Below the pieces are notes generated by a model that did no database searches, was not told the origin of the DNA, and saw only the letters and a program-made list of their open reading frames with translations. 64,000 nt of DNA from NCBI GenBank assembly GCA_049280995.1, contig JBAPRH010000046.1, positions 24,426-88,425 of the forward strand. Reading direction: 5' to 3'. The DNA is from Acidobacteriaceae bacterium (GTDB lineage: Bacteria; Acidobacteriota; Terriglobia; Terriglobales; Acidobacteriaceae). Positions within the stretch are counted from its first letter, which is position 1. Every line of letters starts with the position of its first letter. The translations under genes and the position numbers were made by a program. Below are positions 9,534-18,977 of the stretch, piece by piece.

Positions 9534-9992
9534 TTGGCCGGACAACAGGCAAGCCGCATCAGCTACACGCTTGAATCGTCCCTCGACAGCGTGGATAAAG
9601 TGGAACAGACCGCCGAGCAGATGGCCAAAAAAGCAGGCATCGACGAGGACGAGTTGTTCAAGATCACCATGGCCGTCCGCGAAGCCGCCGTCAACGCGGT
9701 GCTCCACGGCAATTCCTACGATCCTGAAAAGCGCATTACTGCGTCTTTTGAGAACACCGGCGATTCCCTCGTCATCCGCATCGCCGACCAGGGGAAAGGA
9801 CTCGACCCCGCCACTCTGCCTGACCCGCTCGCCCCGGAAAACCTTCTCCGCGGCTCCGGTCGCGGCATCTTTCTTATTCGCTCGTTCATGGATGAGGTAC
9901 ACTTCAAGCAACTGCATCCCGGAACGGAGCTGACGCTCATCAAACATCTCGGAAGCGCCCAACAACAGACATCTAAGGAGGAATTGCAGTGA
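9534..9992 (+). CDS. Anti-sigma factor / Ser kinase (RsbW-like HATPase)
   Basis: [35 protein letters not shown] start after GAGGA chosen, uncertain. Confidence 0.88.
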   Translation: MAGQQASRISYTLESSLDSVDKVEQTAEQMAKKAGIDEDELFKITMAVREAAVNAVLHGNSYDPEKRITASFENTGDSLVIRIADQGKGLDPATLPDPLAPENLLRGSGRGIFLIRSFMDEVHFKQLHPGTELTLIKHLGSAQQQTSKEELQ

Positions 9993-10336
9993 GCATGAAA
10001 GTAAGCACCCGTCAGGTGGACGGCGTAACGATTCTGGATCTGAGCGGACGCATCACCCTTGGCGAGGGCAGTGTTCAGTTGCGCGATGCGGTGCGCGAAC
10101 TGCTTGCCAAAGGGCAGAAGCACGTTCTGCTCAATCTGGGTGACGTCAACTACATCGACAGCTCGGGCATCGGCGAGCTGGTCAGCGCCTATACCACCGC
10201 GCGCAACCAGGGCGGCGAACTGAAGCTTCTGAACCTCACCAAAAAGGTTCACGACCTGCTCCAGATCACCAAGCTCTATACCGTCTTCGACGTAAAGGAC
10301 GACGAAGCCAGCGCCGTCTCCTCTTTCACGCACTAA
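9989..10336 (+). CDS. STAS-domain anti-sigma factor antagonist (RsbV-like)
   Basis: [23 protein letters not shown] (phosphorylatable Ser); GTGA overlap with the upstream gene. Confidence 0.92.
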   Translation: MSMKVSTRQVDGVTILDLSGRITLGEGSVQLRDAVRELLAKGQKHVLLNLGDVNYIDSSGIGELVSAYTTARNQGGELKLLNLTKKVHDLLQITKLYTVFDVKDDEASAVSSFTH

Positions 10337-10344
10337 CCACCAAT

Positions 10345-10393
10345 TCGCAAATAGTAAGGGGCTGCCTTTGGGGCAGCCCCTTACTATTTGCGA
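10345..10393. terminator. Bidirectional terminator, perfect 22-bp inverted repeat
   Basis: TCGCAAATAGTAAGGGGCTGCC-TTTGG-GGCAGCCCCTTACTATTTGCGA between convergent genes. Confidence 0.8.
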
Positions 10394-10471
10394 TCAGTCG
10401 GCACACGTGAGAGCTTCCCAATCCGCGACCATCGGGAGCGGCTACGCGAAGCAGTCAGCCCTGACGACGGG

Positions 10472-11053
10472 TCAGAATTTTACCGTTGGCACCTTCTCCG
10501 ACCCCGGACTTGCCGCAAAATAATCGTTGTTCGGCTGGAAACCACCGATCCCCGCCCAGATCGTATTCGGGAAGTGCCGGATGTAGCTGTTGTAGTCCTG
10601 CAAGGCGAGGTTATACCGCCGCCGTTCCACAGCAATACGGTTTTCCGTGCCTTCCAACTGGTCCTGCAGCGCCAGAAAATTTTGGTTCGCTTTCAGGTTT
10701 GGATAATTCTCCGAAATCGCCAGCAACCGCCCCAGCGCCGAATCCAGTTGCCCATTCGCCTGAATCGCGGCCTTCGGCGTGTGCGCATTCAGCAACCCCT
10801 CCCGGGCCTGGGCGATGTTGGTAAAGATGGTTTCCTCGTGCGTCGCATAGCCCTTCACTGTCGCCACCAGATTCGGAATCAAATCCGCCCGCCTCTGCAA
10901 CTGTGTCTGCACATTCGCCCACTGCGTCTGCACCGCCACCTGCTTATCCACCATATTGTTCCGCGCGCTCACATAGCTGCCAAATACTATCAGCGCAATG
11001 ATCACCAAAACCACGATGATCCCAACCGCAATCCACAATCCACGACGCATCAT
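10472..11053 (-). CDS. lemA: LemA family protein
   Basis: N-terminal TM; QRRADLIPNLVATVKGYA, ENYPNLKAN, LEGTENRIAVERRRYN. Confidence 0.95.
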   Translation of the reverse strand: MMRRGLWIAVGIIVVLVIIALIVFGSYVSARNNMVDKQVAVQTQWANVQTQLQRRADLIPNLVATVKGYATHEETIFTNIAQAREGLLNAHTPKAAIQANGQLDSALGRLLAISENYPNLKANQNFLALQDQLEGTENRIAVERRRYNLALQDYNSYIRHFPNTIWAGIGGFQPNNDYFAASPGSEKVPTVKF

Positions 11054-11098
11054 CGTCCGCAATCTCCTATAAAAATCCCCAACAGATCAGCCTCAATC

Positions 11099-11896
11099 TT
11101 ACCAACTACCCCCGGCCCCGCCGCCGCCTGTGCTCCCGCCGCCAAAGCCGCCAAAACCATCGCCGCCTCCGCCTCCGCCACCACCGCCGCCGAAACCGCC
11201 TCCGCCTCCGAAGCCACCGCCAAAAAACATCCCCAGCAAAAACGCGATCAGCCCCGAGCCGCCAAAGCGCGCCACGAAGAAAATGATCAGCAGAATGACA
11301 ATCCCGAGCGCGATCAGCCCGCCCGGCCCAATCTGCGTTTGCTGCTGCTGCTGCGAATACGCCGCCCCTTGGAGGGGAGCCAGCTTCACCCCCGCGTCCG
11401 CCGCAATGATCTGCGAAATCCGCCCCACCGCCAGCGTCATCGCGCCGTCAAAATCATTGGCCCGCAGCATCGGAACCATCTCACGGCCAATCTGCCCCAC
11501 CAGCCCGTCCGGCAGAATCCCCTCCAGGCCATACCCGGTCGAAATAAACCGCTTCCGGTCCTGCACCGCAATCAGAATCAACACGCCCCGGTCCGGGTCC
11601 GGCCCCTTTTTCGCGCCCAGTCCCCATTTCTGGTAAAGATTCACGGCGTAATCGGCGACCCCGTCGCCGGCCAGCGTCTTCACCGTCACTACGGCAATCT
11701 GCGCATGCGCCTCGTGGTCCACCTCGCCGCACACGTAGTTCAGTTGCTGGATGGCGGCAGGCGACATCACATGCGCAAAATCGCTGACATAGTCGGTAGG
11801 TGTTGGCAGGCTTTGGACAGACTGGCCCAGCGCCGCAATCGGAAGCACCAGAAGCAGCAGCGCCAGCCATCCTCGCCGTAAGAGCTTGGAAGGCAT
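11099..11896 (-). CDS. TPM (YgcG-like) domain membrane protein with Gly-rich tail
   Basis: Signal peptide, YVSDFA, GYGLEGILPD, C-terminal GGFGGGSTGGGGAGGSW. Confidence 0.9.
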   Translation of the reverse strand: MPSKLLRRGWLALLLLVLPIAALGQSVQSLPTPTDYVSDFAHVMSPAAIQQLNYVCGEVDHEAHAQIAVVTVKTLAGDGVADYAVNLYQKWGLGAKKGPDPDRGVLILIAVQDRKRFISTGYGLEGILPDGLVGQIGREMVPMLRANDFDGAMTLAVGRISQIIAADAGVKLAPLQGAAYSQQQQQTQIGPGGLIALGIVILLIIFFVARFGGSGLIAFLLGMFFGGGFGGGGGFGGGGGGGGGGDGFGGFGGGSTGGGGAGGSW

Positions 11897-12075
11897 TGCA
11901 GTCATTCTAACCGGAAACAAAAAAACTGCACTATTTCCCCGTGACATTCTTCTCCACAGCAACTCTCCTGTGCTGGTCCACCAAACGAAGGAAGGTATGA
12001 TGTGGTAACACGAGATTTGCAATCCGCAAATCGACTGGGATACGCGACAACCAGAGGGGCAGAAGGACGATCTGA

Positions 12076-12993
12076 ATGCGCATTTCGCCTCGCGACTTTC
12101 GCAGGACCTTTTTCGACGACTACTTTATCCTCCGAAAATGGCTCGGGCCTCGTCGCGATCGGAATGCGGCGGCATATCCCAATTTGGCGTGCTTTGCCTT
12201 CGACTCCATTACCTCCGAAATTATCGTGTTCGGACGCTTCGAAAAGACACTCCTCGACGTTATCTTTGCACGCCTTGATCCCTTCTCCAGCGTTTTCAGG
12301 GAGACAACCGCCATCGACATAGGCGCCAACATCGGCAATCATTCGCTCTACTTCGCAGAGCGGTTTGGTCAGGTGTACGCGATCGAAGCGGCACCGGAAA
12401 CCTTCTCGCTGCTCTCCTTCAACGTTGCGCACTCCGGATATTCCAACGTCACCCCCCTCCAAAAGGCGCTCGGCGAGTGCCATGGCAAGCTTATGTTCGC
12501 CGAGCACCGCAACGAGGCCGGACGCTCCGGAGTCATTGACCCCGCCAGCAAAATGTGTGATGTTCTGCGCACACAGCCCGGACACACCTTTGAGGTCGAG
12601 GTCGAAACCGGCGACACAGTCCTCTTACAGCACCGCATGCTCCCTGTTTCGCTCATAAAAATTGACGTGGAAGGCTTCGAGCATTCCGTGATCAAGGGCC
12701 TGCAATCGACCATCCAGACATTCCGTCCCATGCTTTTGATCGAACAACTGGCCAGCGAAATCCGCGCCGGCACATCCGACACCGTAGAGTTCCTGCGGCA
12801 GTGGGGATACGACCAGTTCTACGCCCCGGAAAGTGCCAATAAGACAGCGAACCGCTACGTCTGCCTTCTTTCCAAACTATTGAGTGGCGATTCCATCGAG
12901 ATGGAACCCATCCACAGTTTCGCCGCAAAACACTACCCCATGGTCCTTTGCTGCGCCAGTGATAGCACTTTCACGCTCAAAGGAATCGCCTGA
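12076..12993 (+). CDS. FkbM family methyltransferase
   Basis: IDIGANIGNHS, IKIDVEGFE. Confidence 0.88.
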   Translation: MRISPRDFRRTFFDDYFILRKWLGPRRDRNAAAYPNLACFAFDSITSEIIVFGRFEKTLLDVIFARLDPFSSVFRETTAIDIGANIGNHSLYFAERFGQVYAIEAAPETFSLLSFNVAHSGYSNVTPLQKALGECHGKLMFAEHRNEAGRSGVIDPASKMCDVLRTQPGHTFEVEVETGDTVLLQHRMLPVSLIKIDVEGFEHSVIKGLQSTIQTFRPMLLIEQLASEIRAGTSDTVEFLRQWGYDQFYAPESANKTANRYVCLLSKLLSGDSIEMEPIHSFAAKHYPMVLCCASDSTFTLKGIA

Positions 12994-13069
12994 TCAAGCG
13001 GCCGCGCCGGATGAGCGAGGCGAGGGGACCCGCCCCAGCCGACGAATCCCTTATCCTGAGATAGAAACC

Positions 13070-15169
13070 ATGCCGACCAATCCCACACCGCCTGTCGCCG
13101 CCGTCCACCCCACCGAAACCAAAATACACAACCGCGCCCTCACCGACGACTACGCCTGGCTCCGCGATCGCGACAATCCCGAGGTCATCGCCTACCTCGA
13201 AACCGAAAACGCTTACACCAGCGCCGTCACCGCGCCGGACGAACCACTCCGCCAAACCCTCTACGAGGAAATGCTTAGCCACATCAAGGAGACGGACGTC
13301 TCCGCTCCGTTCCGCGAGAACCGCTTCTGGTACTACTCCCGCACCGAGCAGGGCCTTCAATACCCAATCTACTGCCGCAAGCCCGGAATCGCATCCAGCC
13401 CCAACGAGGCCATCGACGACTCTGCACCGGAAGAGGTGATCCTCGACGTCAACGAGTTGGCCAAAAACCAGCCCTTCATGGCTGTGCAAGCGTTGACCAT
13501 CTCGGACGACGGCAACCAACTCGCCTACTCCATCGACAACACCGGCTTTCGCCAGTACACCCTCCAAGTCAAAGACCTCCGCACCGGCCAGCTTCTCTCC
13601 GAGCGCGTCGAGCGAACCGGCTCCGTCGTCTGGGCCGCCGATAACCGCACCCTCTTCTACACCGTCGAAGACGAGGTCCAGAAGCGCCAATGCCGGCTCT
13701 ACCGCCACACCCTCGGCCAACCTCACTCCGAGGACCCGCTCATTTACGAAGAGTCCGACGAGCGCTTCAACATCGGAGCAGGCCGCACCCGCGACGGCCA
13801 GTACCTCATCCTCGAAAGCTCCAGCCACACCACCGCCGAAGAGCAATTCCTTCGCGCCGACGCGCCCGAAGGCCAGTGGCAGCTCATCGAGCCGCGCCGC
13901 GACAATGTCGAGTATTACGCCGACCACCGCAACGGCCTCTTCTACATCCGCGTCAACGACAAGGGGCGCAACTTCCGCCTTGTCACCGCACCCATCTCCG
14001 CTACCTCAAGCGCCAACTGGACCAAAATCCTCCCGCACCGTGCCGAAGTCATGCTTGAAGACGCCGACCTCTTCGCCACCTTCTACGTCGCCGTCGAGCG
14101 CCGCGCCGGACTCCAGCACCTCCGCGTTGTTCCCTTCACCGGCGAAGGCTCGGCGACCTCTGAATCACGCGAAATCATCTTCCCCGAGCCCGTCTACAGC
14201 GCGCACCCGCACACCAACCGCATCTTCGACACCAAAAAATACCGGTATGGCTACCAGTCGCTCGTCACCCCCGGCTCCGTCTTCGAGTACGACATCACAA
14301 CCGGCGAATCCACGCTGCTTAAGCAGATTGAAGTCCCCGGCAATTTCGACAAATCCCTCTACGCCTCGGAGCGTCTTTTCGCCGCTGCGAGCGACGGCAC
14401 ACCCGTTCCCGTTTCCCTCGTCTACCGCAAAGACAAATTTCAGCGCGGCAAAAATCCGCTCTTTGTCTACGGATACGGCTCCTACGGCTACTCCCTGCCC
14501 ATAGCCTTCAGCAGCAACCGCCTCAGCCTGCTCGACCGCGGATTCGTCCTTGCCGACGCGCACATCCGCGGCGGCGGAGACATGGGCAAGCCCTGGCACG
14601 ACGCTGGACGCCTCATGCAAAAGCGCAACACCTTCACCGACTTCATCGCCGCCACGCACCATCTTCTGAAGGATGGCTACGGAGACCCCGCCCGCGTAGC
14701 CATCGAAGGCGGCAGCGCCGGAGGCCTGCTCATGGGCGCGGTCGTCAACCTCGAGCCCCCGCTCTTCCGCGCCGTCGTCACGCATGTCCCGTTTGTCGAT
14801 GTAATGAACACCATGCTCGACGCCTCGCTTCCGCTCACCGTCCCCGAATATGAAGAGTGGGGCGACCCCAACCAACCCGAAGCCTTCGAGTACATGCTCA
14901 GCTACTCGCCCTACGACAACCTGCAAGCAGCGGACTACCCGGCCATGCTGGTAAAAACCTCGCTCTACGACAGCCAGGTCATGTACTGGGAGCCGGCCAA
15001 ATACGTAGCCAAACTACGCCGCCTCAAAACCGATAAGCATCCATTGCTGTTCCATATCAACATGACCGCAGGCCACGGAGGAGCCTCCGGCCGCTACGAC
15101 TACCTCAAAGAAATCGCCTTCGACTACGCCTTCCTCATCCGCCAGCTTGAAGTTGAATCCATGATCTGA
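13070..15169 (+). CDS. ptrB: Oligopeptidase B (S9A peptidase)
   Basis: DDYAWLRD, HIRGGG, GGSAGG, VPFVDV, EWGDP, AGHGGASGRY. Confidence 0.95.
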   Translation: MPTNPTPPVAAVHPTETKIHNRALTDDYAWLRDRDNPEVIAYLETENAYTSAVTAPDEPLRQTLYEEMLSHIKETDVSAPFRENRFWYYSRTEQGLQYPIYCRKPGIASSPNEAIDDSAPEEVILDVNELAKNQPFMAVQALTISDDGNQLAYSIDNTGFRQYTLQVKDLRTGQLLSERVERTGSVVWAADNRTLFYTVEDEVQKRQCRLYRHTLGQPHSEDPLIYEESDERFNIGAGRTRDGQYLILESSSHTTAEEQFLRADAPEGQWQLIEPRRDNVEYYADHRNGLFYIRVNDKGRNFRLVTAPISATSSANWTKILPHRAEVMLEDADLFATFYVAVERRAGLQHLRVVPFTGEGSATSESREIIFPEPVYSAHPHTNRIFDTKKYRYGYQSLVTPGSVFEYDITTGESTLLKQIEVPGNFDKSLYASERLFAAASDGTPVPVSLVYRKDKFQRGKNPLFVYGYGSYGYSLPIAFSSNRLSLLDRGFVLADAHIRGGGDMGKPWHDAGRLMQKRNTFTDFIAATHHLLKDGYGDPARVAIEGGSAGGLLMGAVVNLEPPLFRAVVTHVPFVDVMNTMLDASLPLTVPEYEEWGDPNQPEAFEYMLSYSPYDNLQAADYPAMLVKTSLYDSQVMYWEPAKYVAKLRRLKTDKHPLLFHINMTAGHGGASGRYDYLKEIAFDYAFLIRQLEVESMI

Positions 15170-15178
15170 AACAGGAGT

Positions 15179-15222
15179 TGTCATCTCGACCGCAGCGAAG
15201 CGAAGTGGAGGGACCTACGGTT
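15179..15222 (+). repeat. TGTCATC...GAYCTRCGGTT intergenic repeat, copy 1
   Basis: TGTCATCTCGACCGCAGCGAAGCGAAGTGGAGGGACCTACGGTT; same ends as the copy at 43924. Confidence 0.65.
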
Positions 15223-15360
15223 CTCGGATCGCCGCCGCAACGCCGACAACACCGCCCAGCTCAACACTGCCAGCGAACCATCCGTAAGCAAATCCGTCCG
15301 GCCGCTCTCAGCGCCGAATCATCCCAACCCAATTTAAGAGTAAAAAGTTTTGAATCAAAT

Positions 15361-15381
15361 TTATATGTATATACATATAAT
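15361..15381 (+). promoter_or_regulatory. Perfect 20-bp palindrome overlapping TATAAT; likely MarR operator
   Basis: TTATATGTATATACATATAA; TATAAT at 15376-15381 lies 5 nt before the marR ATG. Confidence 0.75.
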
Positions 15382-15386
15382 CAGAC

Positions 15387-15821
15387 ATGAGCGAAGCTAT
15401 CACCCTCCCCTGCTTATGCGCCAACGTCCGCCGGGCCTCCCGCGTCCTCTCGCAGATCTATGACAACGCCATGCGCCCGCTCGGCCTGCGCATGACGCAG
15501 GCTTCCATCCTGCAGGCCCTTTCGGTGACCGGAGAAACACTGCAGGGCGATCTCGCCGAACTTCTCGCCCTTGACAGCACCACCCTCACCCGCTCTGTAG
15601 GGATCCTGCGCAAGCGCGGCTGGATTAAAGTCCGGAAGAGACAGGACCAGCGCGAACGCTGGCTCAGCCTGTCCAGGTCCGGAGTTGCGGAGCTCGCTCG
15701 TCTTCAACCAGCCTGGATATCAGTCCAGGAACAGGTGCGCTCAAAGCTCGGCGAAATAGCCTGGCGCCAACTGGTTCGGTTATCCACCGAAGTCGCCAAC
15801 CTGCCGGCAACAACGGCCTGA
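15387..15821 (+). CDS. MarR family transcriptional regulator
   Basis: CLCANVRRASR...YD, LALDSTTLTRSV..L...GWI, DQRER. Confidence 0.92.
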   Translation: MSEAITLPCLCANVRRASRVLSQIYDNAMRPLGLRMTQASILQALSVTGETLQGDLAELLALDSTTLTRSVGILRKRGWIKVRKRQDQRERWLSLSRSGVAELARLQPAWISVQEQVRSKLGEIAWRQLVRLSTEVANLPATTA

Positions 15822-15831
15822 AGGAGCAATC

Positions 15832-16500
15832 ATGACTGGATCAAATTCAAAATCGTTAAGGAACATCTTGTGGAGTCTGCTGGTACTTTGGTTTCTTGCC
15901 ACGCTGCTCGCCGGATACATCGGCGTCTTCAACACCGGGCCGTTTTCCATGAGCGTTCCTATTCCTCTGGGCGTGGCCGCCCTGCTGCCCATCCTTGTGT
16001 TCGCCATCTGGTTCTGGTCTTCGAGTCATTTCCGGGAATTTGCTCTCTCGCTGAATCCGGTCGTGCTTACCGCCGTGCATACATGGCGGATCGGCGGAAT
16101 CACATTCATTCTTCTGATGGCGATGGGCCTACTTCCGGCACCCTTCGCCTTGCCCGCCGGGCTTGGCGACTTCGCAATCGGCGTAACCGCTCCGTTCGTT
16201 GCCTACGCTCTGTCCAGAAAAGCGTTGCCTTCTAAAGCGTTCGTCGCGTGGCACTACGCGGGCATTGCGGATCTCGTCGTGGCAGTGACAACCGGTGTTT
16301 TGTCCTCGATAACAGGGGCCGAGATCGTAGCCGCCCACGGAACCACCACCCGCATCATGGGACTGCTCCCCATGAGCCTGATCCCCACCTTCGCCGTTCC
16401 GCTTCTGCTCATTCTGCACATCATCTGCCTCGCGCAGATACGTCAGATCAAGCGGGAGCGCATCGAGCCAAGCGGCAGCCCTTCGCTCAATCTCGCGTAG
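15832..16500 (+). CDS. Multi-pass membrane protein, co-transcribed with marR
   Basis: About 6 TM segments; HTWRIGG, FALPAGLGD, P.SLIPTF.VP. Confidence 0.8.
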   Translation: MTGSNSKSLRNILWSLLVLWFLATLLAGYIGVFNTGPFSMSVPIPLGVAALLPILVFAIWFWSSSHFREFALSLNPVVLTAVHTWRIGGITFILLMAMGLLPAPFALPAGLGDFAIGVTAPFVAYALSRKALPSKAFVAWHYAGIADLVVAVTTGVLSSITGAEIVAAHGTTTRIMGLLPMSLIPTFAVPLLLILHIICLAQIRQIKRERIEPSGSPSLNLA

Positions 16501-16530
16501 GCAAAAGGTGCAGAGGCCGCTGCAAGATAA

Positions 16531-17823
16531 TCAGGACGCAGCGGCCCTGCAGCCATCCGCTTCATCGCTGATCGCCGACAGTTCGACCCGGCCTCTCGCG
16601 CGTATCCGCCTCAACACAACCCAACTCAACACCGCCAGGGAACCATCCGTAACCAGACTGGCCCACGCCGCGCCCTGCCATGACCATATGGGAATCATCC
16701 ACGCGCACAACCCAAGATTCAAAGCAGCAGCGCCAGCCTGCGTCGCCGTCCGGTACCACTGCGAAGCCGAAGCCGTAATTGTCGTTCCCCACGCGTAATG
16801 CAGGACCCGCAGCAGCGGCAGCAGGCAAAGCCATCGCAGAGCCGTAACCGACTCCGCAAACGAAGGCCCGAACAACTTCGGCAGCAGGCCCGCTCCAAAA
16901 AACAGCGCCGCCGAAGCCCCAACACCATAGAACAAAGTCCGCAGCAGAATCCGGTTCGACAGCGCATGGGCCCGCTCCACGCCCGCGCCGCCCGCGCGAA
17001 ACAGCCTCGGAGTCGCCGCCGCATAGATGCTGTACAGCGGAGCCGAAGCCACATCCGCCACGCGATACGCCGCCCCATAAATCCCAGCCGCAAACGTCTG
17101 CCCAAGTTTAACGAGGAATGTCTTATCAACATCGTTGTAGAGCGAAATCGAAGAGTTCGACAGCGAGAAGCTGAACCCCTCGCTCCAGTCCCTCAGCTGC
17201 ATTCGCTCAAACCGGGGCCACCCAAATCGAGCCGTCACCACCCAGCACGCAATCCCTCCAACCACTAGAGGAGCAATCCAGTAAACGCGTGCCCACAGCA
17301 GAGCATCCACGCGCCCGCCCCACCACCGCCCATACGCAAACACAGCACCAGCCAGAATCGCGCGTCCCAGGTTCATTGCCGCCGTCAGCTTGGCCATCGC
17401 CCGCAACTGACCCGCACCTTGCAAGGCACGCGCCGCCAGTTGCACCATCTTTCCAAATAGTCCATCCGAAACCGCAATCCACGGAACTAGAAGCAGCAAA
17501 TCGGCCCGCAAAAACACTCGGCCCAGCCCCATCGCCACAACCAGCAGCGCCACAAACCCCAAGACCGAAACTCGAAGCGCCGTCCCCCAGGTCCTGGCAA
17601 ACGAAGCCCTGTCGCGGCTCACATTCCGCAGCAAAATCATCTCCATGCCGCAACTGCTGAACTGGTTCAGCACCGCCACCAGCGCGACCACCCCGACAAA
17701 CGCGCCATACTCGCGGCTGCCCAGCGTCCGCCCCATCAGCACGAAGTAGATGGCCTGGAATCCCAGCGCCGCGATCTGCCCCGCAATCATCCAGGCCGAT
17801 CCGCGCCGCAGCCCGTCGCTCAT
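16531..17823 (-). CDS. wzx: Polysaccharide flippase (Wzx)
   Basis: R.LG..EYG, DK..L, AGIYGAAYR; about 12 TMs; lies in the polysaccharide operon. Confidence 0.85.
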   Translation of the reverse strand: MSDGLRRGSAWMIAGQIAALGFQAIYFVLMGRTLGSREYGAFVGVVALVAVLNQFSSCGMEMILLRNVSRDRASFARTWGTALRVSVLGFVALLVVAMGLGRVFLRADLLLLVPWIAVSDGLFGKMVQLAARALQGAGQLRAMAKLTAAMNLGRAILAGAVFAYGRWWGGRVDALLWARVYWIAPLVVGGIACWVVTARFGWPRFERMQLRDWSEGFSFSLSNSSISLYNDVDKTFLVKLGQTFAAGIYGAAYRVADVASAPLYSIYAAATPRLFRAGGAGVERAHALSNRILLRTLFYGVGASAALFFGAGLLPKLFGPSFAESVTALRWLCLLPLLRVLHYAWGTTITASASQWYRTATQAGAAALNLGLCAWMIPIWSWQGAAWASLVTDGSLAVLSWVVLRRIRARGRVELSAISDEADGCRAAAS

Positions 17824-18977
17824 GCCCCCACCTTCACATGCGCCCCGGCCACAACCTCGTCGTACTTCTCCTCCAGCAGCGCCGTCTGCCGCCGCAGATC
17901 AAACAATCGTCTCGCGCGAGCACACCCCGCCGCGCCCATCCGCGCCGCCAGCGCTTCATCACCGAGCAGCGCCAGCAGAGCCTCGGCCAGCGCGTCCGTG
18001 TCGCGCTCCGCAACCAGCAGCCCTGTCTCGCCGTCCACCACCTCAATTCCCGGCCCGCAAAACCCAACCACCGGAACCCCCATCGCCTGCGCCTCGCACA
18101 CCACCAGGCAGAGTCCTTCCGAGTCGCCATTTGCCGCCGTCACGCTCGGAACCGCCACCACCGCGGCCCGCCGCATCCACTCCCGCACCACGTCGGACGA
18201 CGCTGCCCCCATGAATTCACAGCGGTGCAATCCGCGCGCCTCTGCCTCCAGCGCCCCACGCCGCGGCCCATCACCTAGAACCACCAGCCGGGCCTCCGGC
18301 ATCCGCGCTTCCACCGCGCGCATCGCGCGCAGCAGATACGCGCAGCCCTTCTTCTCCACCAGCCGCCCGACAAACAAAACCAGCGGCTCTTTGACCGGCA
18401 ACTCTGCGGCCGGCAACGCTACTGGCCGAAAAGCCTCGACATCAATCCCAATCGGGTGCACCCACAGCTTCTCTTCCGGAAATCCCCGCTCCAAAGCCTT
18501 CCGCCGAATCCACTCCGACACGCAAACAAACACCCGCGCCCGCTCCCAAAGCGTCTGCCTGCGCCGCCAATACACGCGACCCAGGCCCGATGCACGCAGC
18601 GCCGCATCGTCGCTCGTCACGTCATAGCCATGCATCGTCACCATCAACGGAACCCGCAAACGCGCCTCAATTGCCAGCGCCGCGCAAGCGTCTGTAGCAA
18701 AATGCGCGTGAATCAGCTCCGCGCCAACCGCCTCCACCCGGCGCAGGAAATCCGGCGCAAACGCCGTCCGCAGATAAACCCGCCGCACAACCTTGTCCCG
18801 CAGCGAAACCCCATCTGTCGCCGCAATCACGCGCGACTCATCCAGAGCCAGCCCATTCCGCACTCGCTTCAACCCCGCAAACCACGGCTCATAGCGGCGC
18901 AGCGCCGCCCCCTGTCCGGCGATGAACGTCTCAGAAACAGGCAGCAACTCACTGCGAAACAGCAGCACTCGCTTCAA
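17820..18977 (-). CDS. GT4 glycosyltransferase
   Basis: SETFI, IHAHF, FVGRLVEKKG, EGL..V.CEAQAMGVPVV; TTG start after AAAGGAG. Confidence 0.9.
   Translation of the reverse strand: MKRVLLFRSELLPVSETFIAGQGAALRRYEPWFAGLKRVRNGLALDESRVIAATDGVSLRDKVVRRVYLRTAFAPDFLRRVEAVGAELIHAHFATDACAALAIEARLRVPLMVTMHGYDVTSDDAALRASGLGRVYWRRRQTLWERARVFVCVSEWIRRKALERGFPEEKLWVHPIGIDVEAFRPVALPAAELPVKEPLVLFVGRLVEKKGCAYLLRAMRAVEARMPEARLVVLGDGPRRGALEAEARGLHRCEFMGAASSDVVREWMRRAAVVAVPSVTAANGDSEGLCLVVCEAQAMGVPVVGFCGPGIEVVDGETGLLVAERDTDALAEALLALLGDEALAARMGAAGCARARRLFDLRRQTALLEEKYDEVVAGAHVKVGA

Noticed and set aside
11105..11225. CCG-rich repeat tract
   Set aside because: Encodes the normal Gly-rich tail of TPM proteins
10388..11881. 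497-aa plus-strand ORF and other long antisense ORFs (for example 35420..36838, 31368..32597, 720..1736)
   Set aside because: Shadow frames of real genes in GC-rich DNA, with no motifs
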